DNA of 52,621 nucleotides, taken from NCBI GenBank assembly GCA_037722135.1, contig JBBKAW010000103.1, positions 20,866 through 73,486 of the forward strand, written 5' to 3'. Positions within the stretch are counted from its first letter, which is position 1. The number at the start of each line of letters is the position of its first letter. Positions 37,439-46,276 of the stretch are shown one piece after another. This stretch comes from Candidatus Pampinifervens sericum. Lineage in GTDB: Bacteria; Aquificota; Aquificia; Aquificales; Aquificaceae. The notes under the pieces were generated by a model. That model was not told where the DNA came from and ran no database searches. It worked only from the letters and a program-made list of their open reading frames with translations. Made by a program: the position numbers and the translations under genes.

Positions 37439-39007
37439 ATGAGCCTTGAGCCTACAAGGATACCTCTCACAGTAAAGGAGTTTGACAGCCAAAAGATAGG
37501 TTTTTGTGCAGGCTGTGGATGCGCCTGTGGGTATATACTTTACCAAAAGGAAGGTAAGATAGTAGACCTATACGGACATCCCGCAGACCCACGAGGGATG
37601 GGAAGTTTTTGCACGAAGGGCATAACCTATATACAGGAAGCGACAAGCAATCCTATGAGACTAAAAGGTATTTTTATGAAGAGGGGAGATGAGTTTATCT
37701 CTGTTGATTACGCTCAAGCTCTTGAAATCTTGAAGGAGAAACTATCAAAGGGTAAAACCGCTTTTTTGCTTGGAAGGCAAGCAGGACTTGAAGATTATCT
37801 CCTTGCCAAAAGCCTTTCAGAGGATGTTTTTGTGGATGCTCCGGTTGTGGACTTTATGCCCTCCACTCTTAAGCCTACCGACTGGAAAAGGGCTAAGTTC
37901 ATACTTTCTGTGGATGCGGAACCTGTCTTTTCTGAAGTTATGGCAACGCGGTGGGTGGTAGATGCGGTGGAAAGCGGAGCATATCTTTTGTGTCTTTCCA
38001 GTAGATATGAGACTATTTGTGCCAAAGCGAAAGATAGAGTGCTTTTGAAGCCAGATTCTATGATGGAATTTTTGCAAGCTATTCTTGAGCCTGAAAAGGG
38101 TGATAGCAGGGTAGAGTTTGTTAAAAGAAGCCTGTTTCTTATGAGAGGTGCACTTGTCCTTGTGGGGGCTCATCTTTTGAACTCTCCCTTTAGAGAAGCC
38201 ATACTTTCTATTCTTGCTGGTCTTAGACGAAAGTTTGGTGTCAACTACAGCTTTGTGGGAGACCTTATGCCTTTCCCTGCCAAGTCAATGAAGGAGTTTT
38301 TTGAAAGGTTTGAGGAGTTCAAAAACCTTGTGGTGATAGGTAATCTCTTTAGGTATTTAAAGGATGAGCATCTGGAAGCCCTCAGGGATAAATTTGTAGT
38401 GAGTTTCCAAGTCTTTCCAAACCTTACCGCCCACTATTCGGACATGCTTTTTGCCTTAAGCCTGTTCCAGGAGAGGGACTTTGTAAACTACAGACATGGT
38501 TTTGGTTATCTTGTCTACTCGCCAAAGACAGTGGACACAGAAGGTGTTTACAATCCCGCAAGGGTGCTTGGAGAAGCGGTTGGATTAGAGGTGAGTTTGG
38601 AGAGCTTTGAATACTATGAAGAGTTGAGGGCAAGGGGTGAGGTTGAACTTAAGATGGAAGATATTACTTCAAGGGTCTTTTCGGAGCATTATCCTATCCA
38701 AAAGAGTGAGCTTTTCTTGTATACGGATAGCACTTTAGTGGAAGACCTCGGACATTGGAATCCTTGGACCCATGAGATGGAAAGATTTCAAAAGGCTTAC
38801 ATAAACCCACGTACTGCAAAAAGTAGAGGTCTAAAGGATAGTGTGCAAATAGGGAGGGTTTCCTTTGAACTCATCCATACAGAAAATGTGGCGGAAAGTG
38901 TTATCTTTATACCATCGGAATATGAAGAGTTTCAACCTTTTGACCCTGGGCATAGGGTTGGTGCTTTTCTGAGGAAGCCTTACCATAGATACGAGGCTAT
39001 TGGATGA
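37439..39007 (+). CDS. molybdopterin-oxidoreductase-like Fe-S protein (short/degenerate)
   Basis: N-terminal CAGCGCAC...FCTKG 4Fe-4S motif; C-terminal molybdopterin-dinucleotide-binding-like segment (INPRTA..RGL). Confidence 0.7.
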   Translation: MSLEPTRIPLTVKEFDSQKIGFCAGCGCACGYILYQKEGKIVDLYGHPADPRGMGSFCTKGITYIQEATSNPMRLKGIFMKRGDEFISVDYAQALEILKEKLSKGKTAFLLGRQAGLEDYLLAKSLSEDVFVDAPVVDFMPSTLKPTDWKRAKFILSVDAEPVFSEVMATRWVVDAVESGAYLLCLSSRYETICAKAKDRVLLKPDSMMEFLQAILEPEKGDSRVEFVKRSLFLMRGALVLVGAHLLNSPFREAILSILAGLRRKFGVNYSFVGDLMPFPAKSMKEFFERFEEFKNLVVIGNLFRYLKDEHLEALRDKFVVSFQVFPNLTAHYSDMLFALSLFQERDFVNYRHGFGYLVYSPKTVDTEGVYNPARVLGEAVGLEVSLESFEYYEELRARGEVELKMEDITSRVFSEHYPIQKSELFLYTDSTLVEDLGHWNPWTHEMERFQKAYINPRTAKSRGLKDSVQIGRVSFELIHTENVAESVIFIPSEYEEFQPFDPGHRVGAFLRKPYHRYEAIG

Positions 39008-39669
39008 TTGTAGGGTTATGTGAAGAGAATCTTGATTTTAATGGTTTTATTGTAAGAACTATAGGCTTAGATGCTCTTGAGGGGTATAGAAGTGTAAAAT
39101 GGGCTGGTGGTGTTGACTTTTTTATAGAGGACGAAGAGGAGCTAAAGCTTTTTGTGGAAAGGTATAAGGATTTTATTTATGCAATAGGAAAGGAAAGTAT
39201 GGAGGAAGTGGTAGGGAAGCTTTTAAGGGAAAAGGGTCTAAAACTTGCCACCGCAGAGAGCTGTACCGCTGGGCTTTTGTCTGCAAGACTTGTAAATGTG
39301 CCGGGTTCTTCCCAATACTTCTTGGGTGGCTTTGTGGTCTATGCTAACGAGCTTAAGACTAAACTGCTCGGAGTTGAGGAAGAGGCTTTGAGAAAACATG
39401 GTGCGGTTTCTGAGGAAGTGTGTAGGCAGATGGCAATAGGGGTTCTGGAGGAAACAGATGCGGATATAGCGATTGCCATAACCGGTATATCTGGTCCAGG
39501 AGGTGGAACAGAACAAAAGCCTGCGGGGCTTACTTACATAGCTCTTGCTACAGATAGGGAGGTGGTCTTAAAAAGGTTTATATTTCAGGGAAGTAGGAAT
39601 GAAAATCGTTTTATGGCTACACAGTGGGCTCTTGAATTGCTGAGGCGATATCTTACAAAGGGGGTTTAA
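39004..39669 (+). CDS. CinA/PncC nicotinamide-nucleotide amidohydrolase
   Basis: ATAESCTAG, PGSS.YF, HGAVSEEV, ITGISGPGG. Confidence 0.9.
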   Translation: MIVGLCEENLDFNGFIVRTIGLDALEGYRSVKWAGGVDFFIEDEEELKLFVERYKDFIYAIGKESMEEVVGKLLREKGLKLATAESCTAGLLSARLVNVPGSSQYFLGGFVVYANELKTKLLGVEEEALRKHGAVSEEVCRQMAIGVLEETDADIAIAITGISGPGGGTEQKPAGLTYIALATDREVVLKRFIFQGSRNENRFMATQWALELLRRYLTKGV

Positions 39670-39670
39670 A

Positions 39671-40462
39671 ATGCCAAGGGTGCATCCAACAGCCATAATC
39701 AAGGGTGAGGTAGAGTTAGGAGAAGAGGTGGAGATAGGTCCTTACACTATTATAGAAGGTAAGGTAATAATAGGAGATGGGACAAAAATAGGGGCAAGGG
39801 TCTCAATAAAGGGAAAGGTCTCCATAGGTGCGAACTGTAAGATACATGACGGGGCTGTTTTGGGGGATGAGCCTCAACATCTAAAATATGCGGGAGAAGA
39901 GAGTGAGGTGATAGTGGGAAACAATGTGATAATAAGAGAATACGTCACCATTCACAGGGGAACAGCCTTAGACAAGATGAAGACTGTGATAGAGGATGGG
40001 GTTATGCTTATGGCTTATGCTCATGTTGCACATGACTGCATAGTGAGAAGGGGAGTTATCATGGCAAACTGTGCCACCCTTGGAGGGCATGTGGAGGTTG
40101 GAGAGTATGCCTTTATAGGGGGGCTTTCCGCAGTGCACCAGTGGGCAAGGGTGGGTGCCTATGCTATGGTTGGTGGTCTTTCTGGAGTATCTCTTGATAT
40201 ACCACCCTACACAAGAGCGTCAGGACAGCATGCACATCTCTATGGTATAAACACCATTGGACTTGAGAGAAAAGGTTTTTCTAAAGAAACAATCACTGTC
40301 CTTAAAAAGGCATACAGAATACTTTTTAGAAGCGGTATGTTAAGAGAAGAGGCTATAAGTGTGCTACTCAGAGAATACGGAGACTACGAAGAGATTAGAA
40401 ACTTGGTGGAGTTCATAAGGACTTCAAAAAGAGGCGTCGCAAGGGACGCAGGAAGAGGTTAA
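39671..40462 (+). CDS. lpxA: UDP-N-acetylglucosamine O-acyltransferase
   Basis: Hexapeptide repeats, IREYVTIHRGT, HVAHDC, GLSAVHQ. Confidence 0.96.
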   Translation: MPRVHPTAIIKGEVELGEEVEIGPYTIIEGKVIIGDGTKIGARVSIKGKVSIGANCKIHDGAVLGDEPQHLKYAGEESEVIVGNNVIIREYVTIHRGTALDKMKTVIEDGVMLMAYAHVAHDCIVRRGVIMANCATLGGHVEVGEYAFIGGLSAVHQWARVGAYAMVGGLSGVSLDIPPYTRASGQHAHLYGINTIGLERKGFSKETITVLKKAYRILFRSGMLREEAISVLLREYGDYEEIRNLVEFIRTSKRGVARDAGRG

Positions 40463-40471
40463 AATATTTGC

Positions 40472-41857
40472 ATGCGAGCCCTTGTGCTTTCTGCGGGTCT
40501 TGGAACACGATTTAAGAGCGAAAAGCCGAAAGTTATGCATAACATACTCGGTAAGCCCATGCTTTGGTATGTTCTAAAAACTCTAAGGGAATTACCCATT
40601 GAGGAAATTGCCCTTGTGGTAGGGTATAAGGCGGAGCAGATAAGGGAATACTTTGGAGACGCCTATCATTACTTTTATCAGTCAAACCCAAAGGGTGGAA
40701 CCGGTGATGCGGTGCTTTCTGCTGTTGATTTTTGGAGAGATTACGATGGTTATATGTTGGTAATAAACGGAGATTCTCCTTTGGTTAAGCCACAAACCCT
40801 CAAAAACATGCAGAGATATTTGCATATGGTGGAAGAATACGAGGGTATCAAGTTAAGTGCTCTTTTACTCTCCACACAATTGCCAGACCCTACTGGCTAC
40901 GGAAGGGTAATAAAGGACGAGAAGGGAAATGTGGTAAGAGTTGTAGAGGAAAAGGATGCGAGCTTTGAGGAGAAGCTAATAAGGGAAATAAATGGAGGGG
41001 TTTACATTTTCTATTGTCCTCATCTTGTAGAAACACTCTTTCATGTAAAGCCAAGTCCTAAGACGGGTGAAGTGTATCTCACGGAGGTTTTCAATCTTAT
41101 GCACCAGAAGGGCTACACGGTAAGGAGTTTTATGGCAGAAGACCCTACAGAGGTCCTTGGGGTTAACACAAGGTGGGAGCTTGCCATAGCGGAGAATGTG
41201 ATAAGGCTAAGGATACTTCAGGAGTGGGCGGAGAAGGGCAACACCATACATCAACCAGAAAGTGTATGGATAGAACCAGACGTGGTTTTAGAGGGCGATG
41301 TGGAGATATATCCAGATGTTATGTTAAGGGGTAATACAAAAATAGGTAGGGGTGTGATTGTAGGAAAGGGTAGTATCTTAGAAAACGCTCTTGTGGAAGA
41401 GGGAGCAGTGATAGAGGCATATTCCATAGTAAGAAATTCACACATAAAGTCTGGGGCTGTGATAGGACCCTTTGCTCATGTGAGAGAAAACAGTTTAATA
41501 GGTAAGGGTAGCCATATAGGAAACTTTGTGGAAGTAAAAAAGTCCTTTATAGGAGAAGGAGTAAGAGCAAAGCACCTTGCCTATATAGGAGACGCAACTA
41601 TTGAGGATGATGTGAATGTAGGTGCTGGTGTGGTCTTTGCAAATTTTGACGGAAAGAAAAAGCACCAAAGCTATGTGGGAAGGGGTGCCTTTATAGGGAG
41701 CAATGCCCTTCTTATAGCACCCATAAAGGTTGGTAGCTACTCCTTTATAGCTGGAGGCTCTGTGGTAAACGAAGATGTGCCAGACGGAGACCTTGCCATT
41801 GAAAGGTCCGAACTAAGAATTTTAAAGGGTAAAGGGAAGGAAAAATTACTTGAATAG
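40472..41857 (+). CDS. glmU: bifunctional GlmU
   Basis: LSAGLGTRFKS..PKVMH, PTGYGR, GNFVEVK, HLAYIGDA. Confidence 0.96.
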   Translation: MRALVLSAGLGTRFKSEKPKVMHNILGKPMLWYVLKTLRELPIEEIALVVGYKAEQIREYFGDAYHYFYQSNPKGGTGDAVLSAVDFWRDYDGYMLVINGDSPLVKPQTLKNMQRYLHMVEEYEGIKLSALLLSTQLPDPTGYGRVIKDEKGNVVRVVEEKDASFEEKLIREINGGVYIFYCPHLVETLFHVKPSPKTGEVYLTEVFNLMHQKGYTVRSFMAEDPTEVLGVNTRWELAIAENVIRLRILQEWAEKGNTIHQPESVWIEPDVVLEGDVEIYPDVMLRGNTKIGRGVIVGKGSILENALVEEGAVIEAYSIVRNSHIKSGAVIGPFAHVRENSLIGKGSHIGNFVEVKKSFIGEGVRAKHLAYIGDATIEDDVNVGAGVVFANFDGKKKHQSYVGRGAFIGSNALLIAPIKVGSYSFIAGGSVVNEDVPDGDLAIERSELRILKGKGKEKLLE

Positions 41858-41878
41858 TCAGACAATAGATGCTATAAT
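41850..41878 (+). promoter_or_regulatory. sigma-70 promoter for tRNA-Lys
   Basis: TTGAAT 41850-41855, 17 nt spacer, TGc-TATAAT 41870-41878. Confidence 0.78.
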
Positions 41879-41889
41879 AACTAATCTCA

Positions 41890-41962
41890 GAGCCGGTAGC
41901 TCAGCTGGCAGAGCAACGGACTTTTAATCCGTGGGTCGCGGGTTCAAATCCCGCCCGGCTCA
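41890..41962 (+). tRNA. tRNA-Lys (anticodon TTT); CCA not encoded
   Basis: GAGCCGG/CCGGCTC acceptor stem, ACGGA-CTTTTAA-TCCGT anticodon arm, GGTTCAAATCC. Confidence 0.96.
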
Positions 41963-42679
41963 TACTGCAAGTCTTTCCAATTCCCTTCTTTTTATTATCT
42001 CTATGTATCCCCTCTCTGTGTTTATTATGCCTTGCTTTTTCCACTTACTCATAACCCTTATGGTGGTCTCCACAGTTGTGCCAGTCATCTCTGCAATGTC
42101 AAGCCTCGTAAGTGGTGCGTCTATAACGATAACGTCCTCGTATTTCTTGCCTATCCTGTCCGCTATCTCAAGGAGAACTTTCGCTATTCTCTCTTCCACT
42201 TTACCTCCTGCTATGCTTTTGAGGGTCTCGTAGCTTTGTAAAAGTGTAGCGGTTGCCTCGCAGGTCATCTTTATGGCAATAGCGGGATGCTTTATGGCAA
42301 GGTTTATAAAGTCCTTGTTGGAAATGTAGAGGGTTTTGCTTTCAAGCATAGCCTTTGCAGTGTAGGTGTTTCTTGGAACCTTTTTACCCCATTCTATCCA
42401 ACCAAATATATCCCCAGGGTATACGAGCCTAACTATTACAATCCTTGCATCGTGCGTCTCTTTGAGTAGCTTTATAAGACCATCCAAAAGGATGTATACG
42501 CCAGGCTCCGCCTCTTCTTCAAAGAAGAGATACTCGTTTCTCCTAAACTCTCTAACCTGCATGTAATTTAAAGCATCCTTTAGCTCTTCCTCTGATAGGT
42601 CTTCAAAAATGTGAACCTTTTTGAGCATTTCTATCTTTAGGTCCTTAGCTTGCCTTTCTCTAAAAGTCTCTTTTGCCAT
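41960..42679 (-). CDS. Crp/Fnr family transcriptional regulator (no FNR Cys cluster)
   Basis: cNMP-binding fold, VEERIA, HTH LTRLDIAEMTGTTVETTIR; SD GGAGGT. Confidence 0.92.
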   Translation of the reverse strand: MAKETFRERQAKDLKIEMLKKVHIFEDLSEEELKDALNYMQVREFRRNEYLFFEEEAEPGVYILLDGLIKLLKETHDARIVIVRLVYPGDIFGWIEWGKKVPRNTYTAKAMLESKTLYISNKDFINLAIKHPAIAIKMTCEATATLLQSYETLKSIAGGKVEERIAKVLLEIADRIGKKYEDVIVIDAPLTRLDIAEMTGTTVETTIRVMSKWKKQGIINTERGYIEIIKRRELERLAV

Positions 42680-43713
42680 CCCTTACCTCCTATGATTACT
42701 TGGGGTTCAAAAACCACATAATCGGTGTGAAAGGAAACCCTGTTTACACCTCCAAAAGTATGATTATCTCCAATAGCTACATGCACTGTGCCAAGAATCT
42801 TCTCTGCTTCAAGCACATTGTCGGGTCTTTTTGCACCCGGGTTTGTCCCAACGCCAAACTCCGCAATTACTCGGGCATTCTCGTATCTTTTAAACACCTC
42901 TTCAAGATAATTCCTATATGGTTCAAAGCCTTCTATCTCTTCCACCGCACCGTCTCGGAATTTAAGGGTTATGGGTCTTTCCAGTTTCCTGTCTGGACCG
43001 TAGGTTATGGTTAGCTTTCCAAAGGCTGAGTTTTCTATAGGAGCTACAAAGGCTTCGCCAGCAGGCAGGTTTCCATATTGACCGCTATGGTGGAATAGAC
43101 CCGTGTCCGCTATAGCCCTCCTTCCTAACACAGAAAACTCCATGTCTGTCCCTTCCGCCTTTACATGCACCCATTCCGCTTCGGAAAGCATGTCCGCCAC
43201 ATCAAGGCTCAACTTTGCCACGTAATCCCAGTCCACCTTCATAGGACCATAAAACATCTCCGGCTCAAAAAGAGGCATACTTGCGTATCTACAGCCAAAG
43301 CCTTCTGTAAGAGCTTTTCTAAAAAAGGTATGTGTAGTGGAAAAGTATGGAAAAGCTACCACCACTTGAGGGACATCCTCTGCGTAAGCCTTGAGTATTT
43401 GCAGAGCTTCATATTCCGAATAGTCTTCTTTAAGGAGTATATGCTCAAAGAGACCCTTTTTTCTTAGCTCATCTATTGCTCTATCTCCAAAGGCAAGCCT
43501 CCAAACCTCCTCTGGTGGCTCTTTGCCATGCCCTCCCAAAGAGGGATAAACACAGTGCTTTACTTTTTGTGTTATGGCTCTTGCACTTTCCACAAACTGG
43601 TCCATTAAATCCAAAAGGTAGTCCTTCTCCGTATCCGTAAGCAGAAGCAAAGACTCGCCCTCTTTCAAGTTCATGTTCACCCTGTAAAGTCTATATATAT
43701 GTTCCCTATACAT
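42637..43713 (-). CDS. aminopeptidase T-like metallopeptidase (M29 family)
   Basis: GNLPAGEAFVAP, AEFGVGTNP, EAEKILGTVHVAIGDN, H.D. Confidence 0.87.
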   Translation of the reverse strand: MYREHIYRLYRVNMNLKEGESLLLLTDTEKDYLLDLMDQFVESARAITQKVKHCVYPSLGGHGKEPPEEVWRLAFGDRAIDELRKKGLFEHILLKEDYSEYEALQILKAYAEDVPQVVVAFPYFSTTHTFFRKALTEGFGCRYASMPLFEPEMFYGPMKVDWDYVAKLSLDVADMLSEAEWVHVKAEGTDMEFSVLGRRAIADTGLFHHSGQYGNLPAGEAFVAPIENSAFGKLTITYGPDRKLERPITLKFRDGAVEEIEGFEPYRNYLEEVFKRYENARVIAEFGVGTNPGAKRPDNVLEAEKILGTVHVAIGDNHTFGGVNRVSFHTDYVVFEPQVIIGGKGWQKRLLEKGKLRT

Positions 43714-43745
43714 GGCTATTAATCATAAATTTATCTCAGTTTATC

Positions 43746-45314
43746 TCATGGCAAGGGCAGTCTTAAACCACCAAGCAGGTATTTTAGGTCGTTGTCGGTA
43801 AACATAAGACCTACACCACCGAATACACCCCTTAACTTTGAATTTAAAAGGTCATCGCCACCAAACCTTACATAAAGTGGACCACTAACCTTGTAGTTTA
43901 CCGCTACTTGAAGGTTTGGCTTAAGGTCCTTATCCTGTGGTCTGTCTCTTCTTCCAAAGTCCCAAAGGTCTGTGGTAAAGGCGAGCCTTTGTGAATATAT
44001 AAGGTCAGCTCCCACTCCGCCTGTAGATTCCTTTAGTCCACCTCTTAGGACGAGCTCCTTACCAAAAAAGGGAAATATTCTTGCATACTGCAATGTAACT
44101 TCAGGCTTAAACTCCTTTTTAACTATCCATTGGTTAGGAAGTATTTCCTCCTTGTAGACTCTACCCCTTGAGTCCCCAACTATCTCTAAGAGGTAATACT
44201 TTTCGTTATCGGGTTGCAGTTTGACAGTAAGTATCCCCTTTGAATCACCAGCCCTGTAGAGCTCACCCCTAAAGCCTATGTAGAGGTTTGTCCTATCTGC
44301 GACCTCTCCTGCTTTCCCAAGCACCCTAACACCAGAAGCTACATTTCTGTATAACTCATCATCCTTTATTAGCTTCCCTAAGGTGCCTTCACCTCTTTCA
44401 ATATGTGCCAGTATGTTATTTAACCTTTCAGCGCTTTCTTTAAGGCTTTTGGTAAGTTCAGAGAGGTTTGATGTGGTAGTTCTTATATCTTGACGGTTTT
44501 CCACAATCAAGGCGTTTAGATTTATTGAAAGCTCGTTAAGGTTTCTTGAAAGTTCGGGAAGGGTCGTCTTTAGGTCGTTGCTAAGCTGTTTTAGGTTTGC
44601 AAGGGTTTCTCTTATGTCTTGCCTGTTCTCGCTGGCTATGGCTTCAAGACTCTTCGCAAGCCTGTCTATGCTTTCTATAGTTTGAGGAAGTGTTCTGTTT
44701 AAGTTATAGGCAAGTAGGTTTATGTTATGTATAGCTCCCCTTAGGGACTCTCTGTTTTCAAGGGCTATTAGGTTAAGGTTATGGGTGAGCATTTCAAGGT
44801 TTTGCACCACCCTCCTTATATCCTCTCTGTTTTCTGAAAGTATAAGATGGAAACTTTCCATCATTAGTCTTACAGATTCTGAAGCACTTGTCATTTGCTT
44901 TATAAGAAGGTCCGTATCCGCATAACCAAGGCTTTTACTTATCGTCCCGCCTTCTTCTAAAATGCCCGCTTGTGGACTTCCGGGGTATATGTTTAGGTAT
45001 TTGTCTCCCATAAGACCAAGAGTTCCTATCTCCGCCTGTGCATCTCTATAGAGGGTTATATCCTTGTCAAGTTCAAAAACCACCTCCACCTTGCCATCTT
45101 TTAGGCTAATAGACCTTACCCTTCCACTTTTTATACCAGCAACCCTTACCTCCGCACCTACACTAAGCCCTGCCACATTGTCAAAGTAGACCTTGTAAGT
45201 TTTTACCGCAGGTCTGAAAAAGGGAACCTCCCCGAAGGTAAGTATAAGAAAGGCAAAGCCAAGGGAAAATAAAAGCACAAGAAAGCCTACTTTTGCTTCG
45301 TTAGAAAATCTCAT
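43746..45314 (-). CDS. MlaD/MCE family protein with a long helical region
   Basis: EAKVG TM anchor, AGLSVGAEVRVAGIKSGRV, GLMGDKY, repeated ENRxDIR helices, GEGTLGKLIKD. Confidence 0.9.
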   Translation of the reverse strand: MRFSNEAKVGFLVLLFSLGFAFLILTFGEVPFFRPAVKTYKVYFDNVAGLSVGAEVRVAGIKSGRVRSISLKDGKVEVVFELDKDITLYRDAQAEIGTLGLMGDKYLNIYPGSPQAGILEEGGTISKSLGYADTDLLIKQMTSASESVRLMMESFHLILSENREDIRRVVQNLEMLTHNLNLIALENRESLRGAIHNINLLAYNLNRTLPQTIESIDRLAKSLEAIASENRQDIRETLANLKQLSNDLKTTLPELSRNLNELSINLNALIVENRQDIRTTTSNLSELTKSLKESAERLNNILAHIERGEGTLGKLIKDDELYRNVASGVRVLGKAGEVADRTNLYIGFRGELYRAGDSKGILTVKLQPDNEKYYLLEIVGDSRGRVYKEEILPNQWIVKKEFKPEVTLQYARIFPFFGKELVLRGGLKESTGGVGADLIYSQRLAFTTDLWDFGRRDRPQDKDLKPNLQVAVNYKVSGPLYVRFGGDDLLNSKLRGVFGGVGLMFTDNDLKYLLGGLRLPLP

Positions 45315-45329
45315 GCTTAAATTATAGCC

Positions 45330-46010
45330 CTAAGTGACAAGAGAATGCCAGAGTATTATGCCGTCTCGGTAGCCAAGTAGGTCTTCGCAAGCTCTTTCTG
45401 GATGAGGCATAAGACCAAAGACATTGCCTTCCTTGTTGCATACACCTGCTATGTTGGATATAGAACCATTGGGATTAGCTTGAGGGTTTATATTACCCTT
45501 TTCATCACAGTATCTTAGGACAATTTGACCCCTTTCCTCCATAGACCTTAGCTCATCCTCTGGCACATAATACCTTCCTTCTCCATGGGCTATGGGGAGT
45601 TTTATCACCTCACCCTTTTCAAACTTTCTGGTAAAGGGTAAGGAATTGTTTTCAACTCTAAGGTATACGTCCTTACATAGAAAGGTTAGGTTTTCATTCT
45701 TGAGTAAAGCACCTGGCAATAGCTGAAGCTCTGTGAGAATTTGAAAGCCGTTGCATATACCAAGCACGAGCCCACCTTTTTGTGCGTATTCCACTATAGC
45801 GTTGCCAAGGGGTGTTTTGCTGGCAAGCACTCCAGCTCTTAAATAGTCTCCAAAAGAAAAACCACCTGGCAAAACTACACAATCAAAGGCATCAAGCCTT
45901 TTTGTATTGTGGTCTACAAAGCTCACCTCTTGTCCAAGAAGGTCCCTTATCACGTAGTATGTATCGTAATCACAGTTAGACCCCGGAAATACACATACCG
46001 CAAACCTCAT
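45330..46010 (-). CDS. purQ: FGAM synthase glutaminase subunit
   Basis: FPGSNCD, GGFSFGDYLR, GICNGFQ, MPHPER. Confidence 0.97.
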   Translation of the reverse strand: MRFAVCVFPGSNCDYDTYYVIRDLLGQEVSFVDHNTKRLDAFDCVVLPGGFSFGDYLRAGVLASKTPLGNAIVEYAQKGGLVLGICNGFQILTELQLLPGALLKNENLTFLCKDVYLRVENNSLPFTRKFEKGEVIKLPIAHGEGRYYVPEDELRSMEERGQIVLRYCDEKGNINPQANPNGSISNIAGVCNKEGNVFGLMPHPERACEDLLGYRDGIILWHSLVT

Positions 46011-46219
46011 TCTATTACATACTCCTCAACTAAGGGATTTACGAGATACTTCTCCACAAGGGCTTTTATGTCTGTGCCTTCTCCCACCTCAAGCTCCACC
46101 ACTTTTCCCACCTTTACATCTTTTACATCAAAACCACCCTCACGGAGCATCTCCTTTACCGCCCTGCCTTCTGGGTCAAGAAGTCCTTTCTTGGGAAGTA
46201 TAAGAACTCTTACCTTCAT
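46007..46219 (-). CDS. purS: FGAM synthase subunit PurS
   Basis: LDPEGRAV, VGK, LVNPLVEEY; start taken as ATG 46219. Confidence 0.92.
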   Translation of the reverse strand: MKVRVLILPKKGLLDPEGRAVKEMLREGGFDVKDVKVGKVVELEVGEGTDIKALVEKYLVNPLVEEYVIE

Positions 46220-46276
46220 TACCTTATATTCTACCATCTTAAGGCATGCAAAGTAAGGATTTTCTATAATTTAAAT

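Noticed and set aside
44440-44860. Repeated DNA words in the mlaD gene as a possible DNA repeat element
   Set aside because: Explained by protein-level helical repeats (ENRxDIR).
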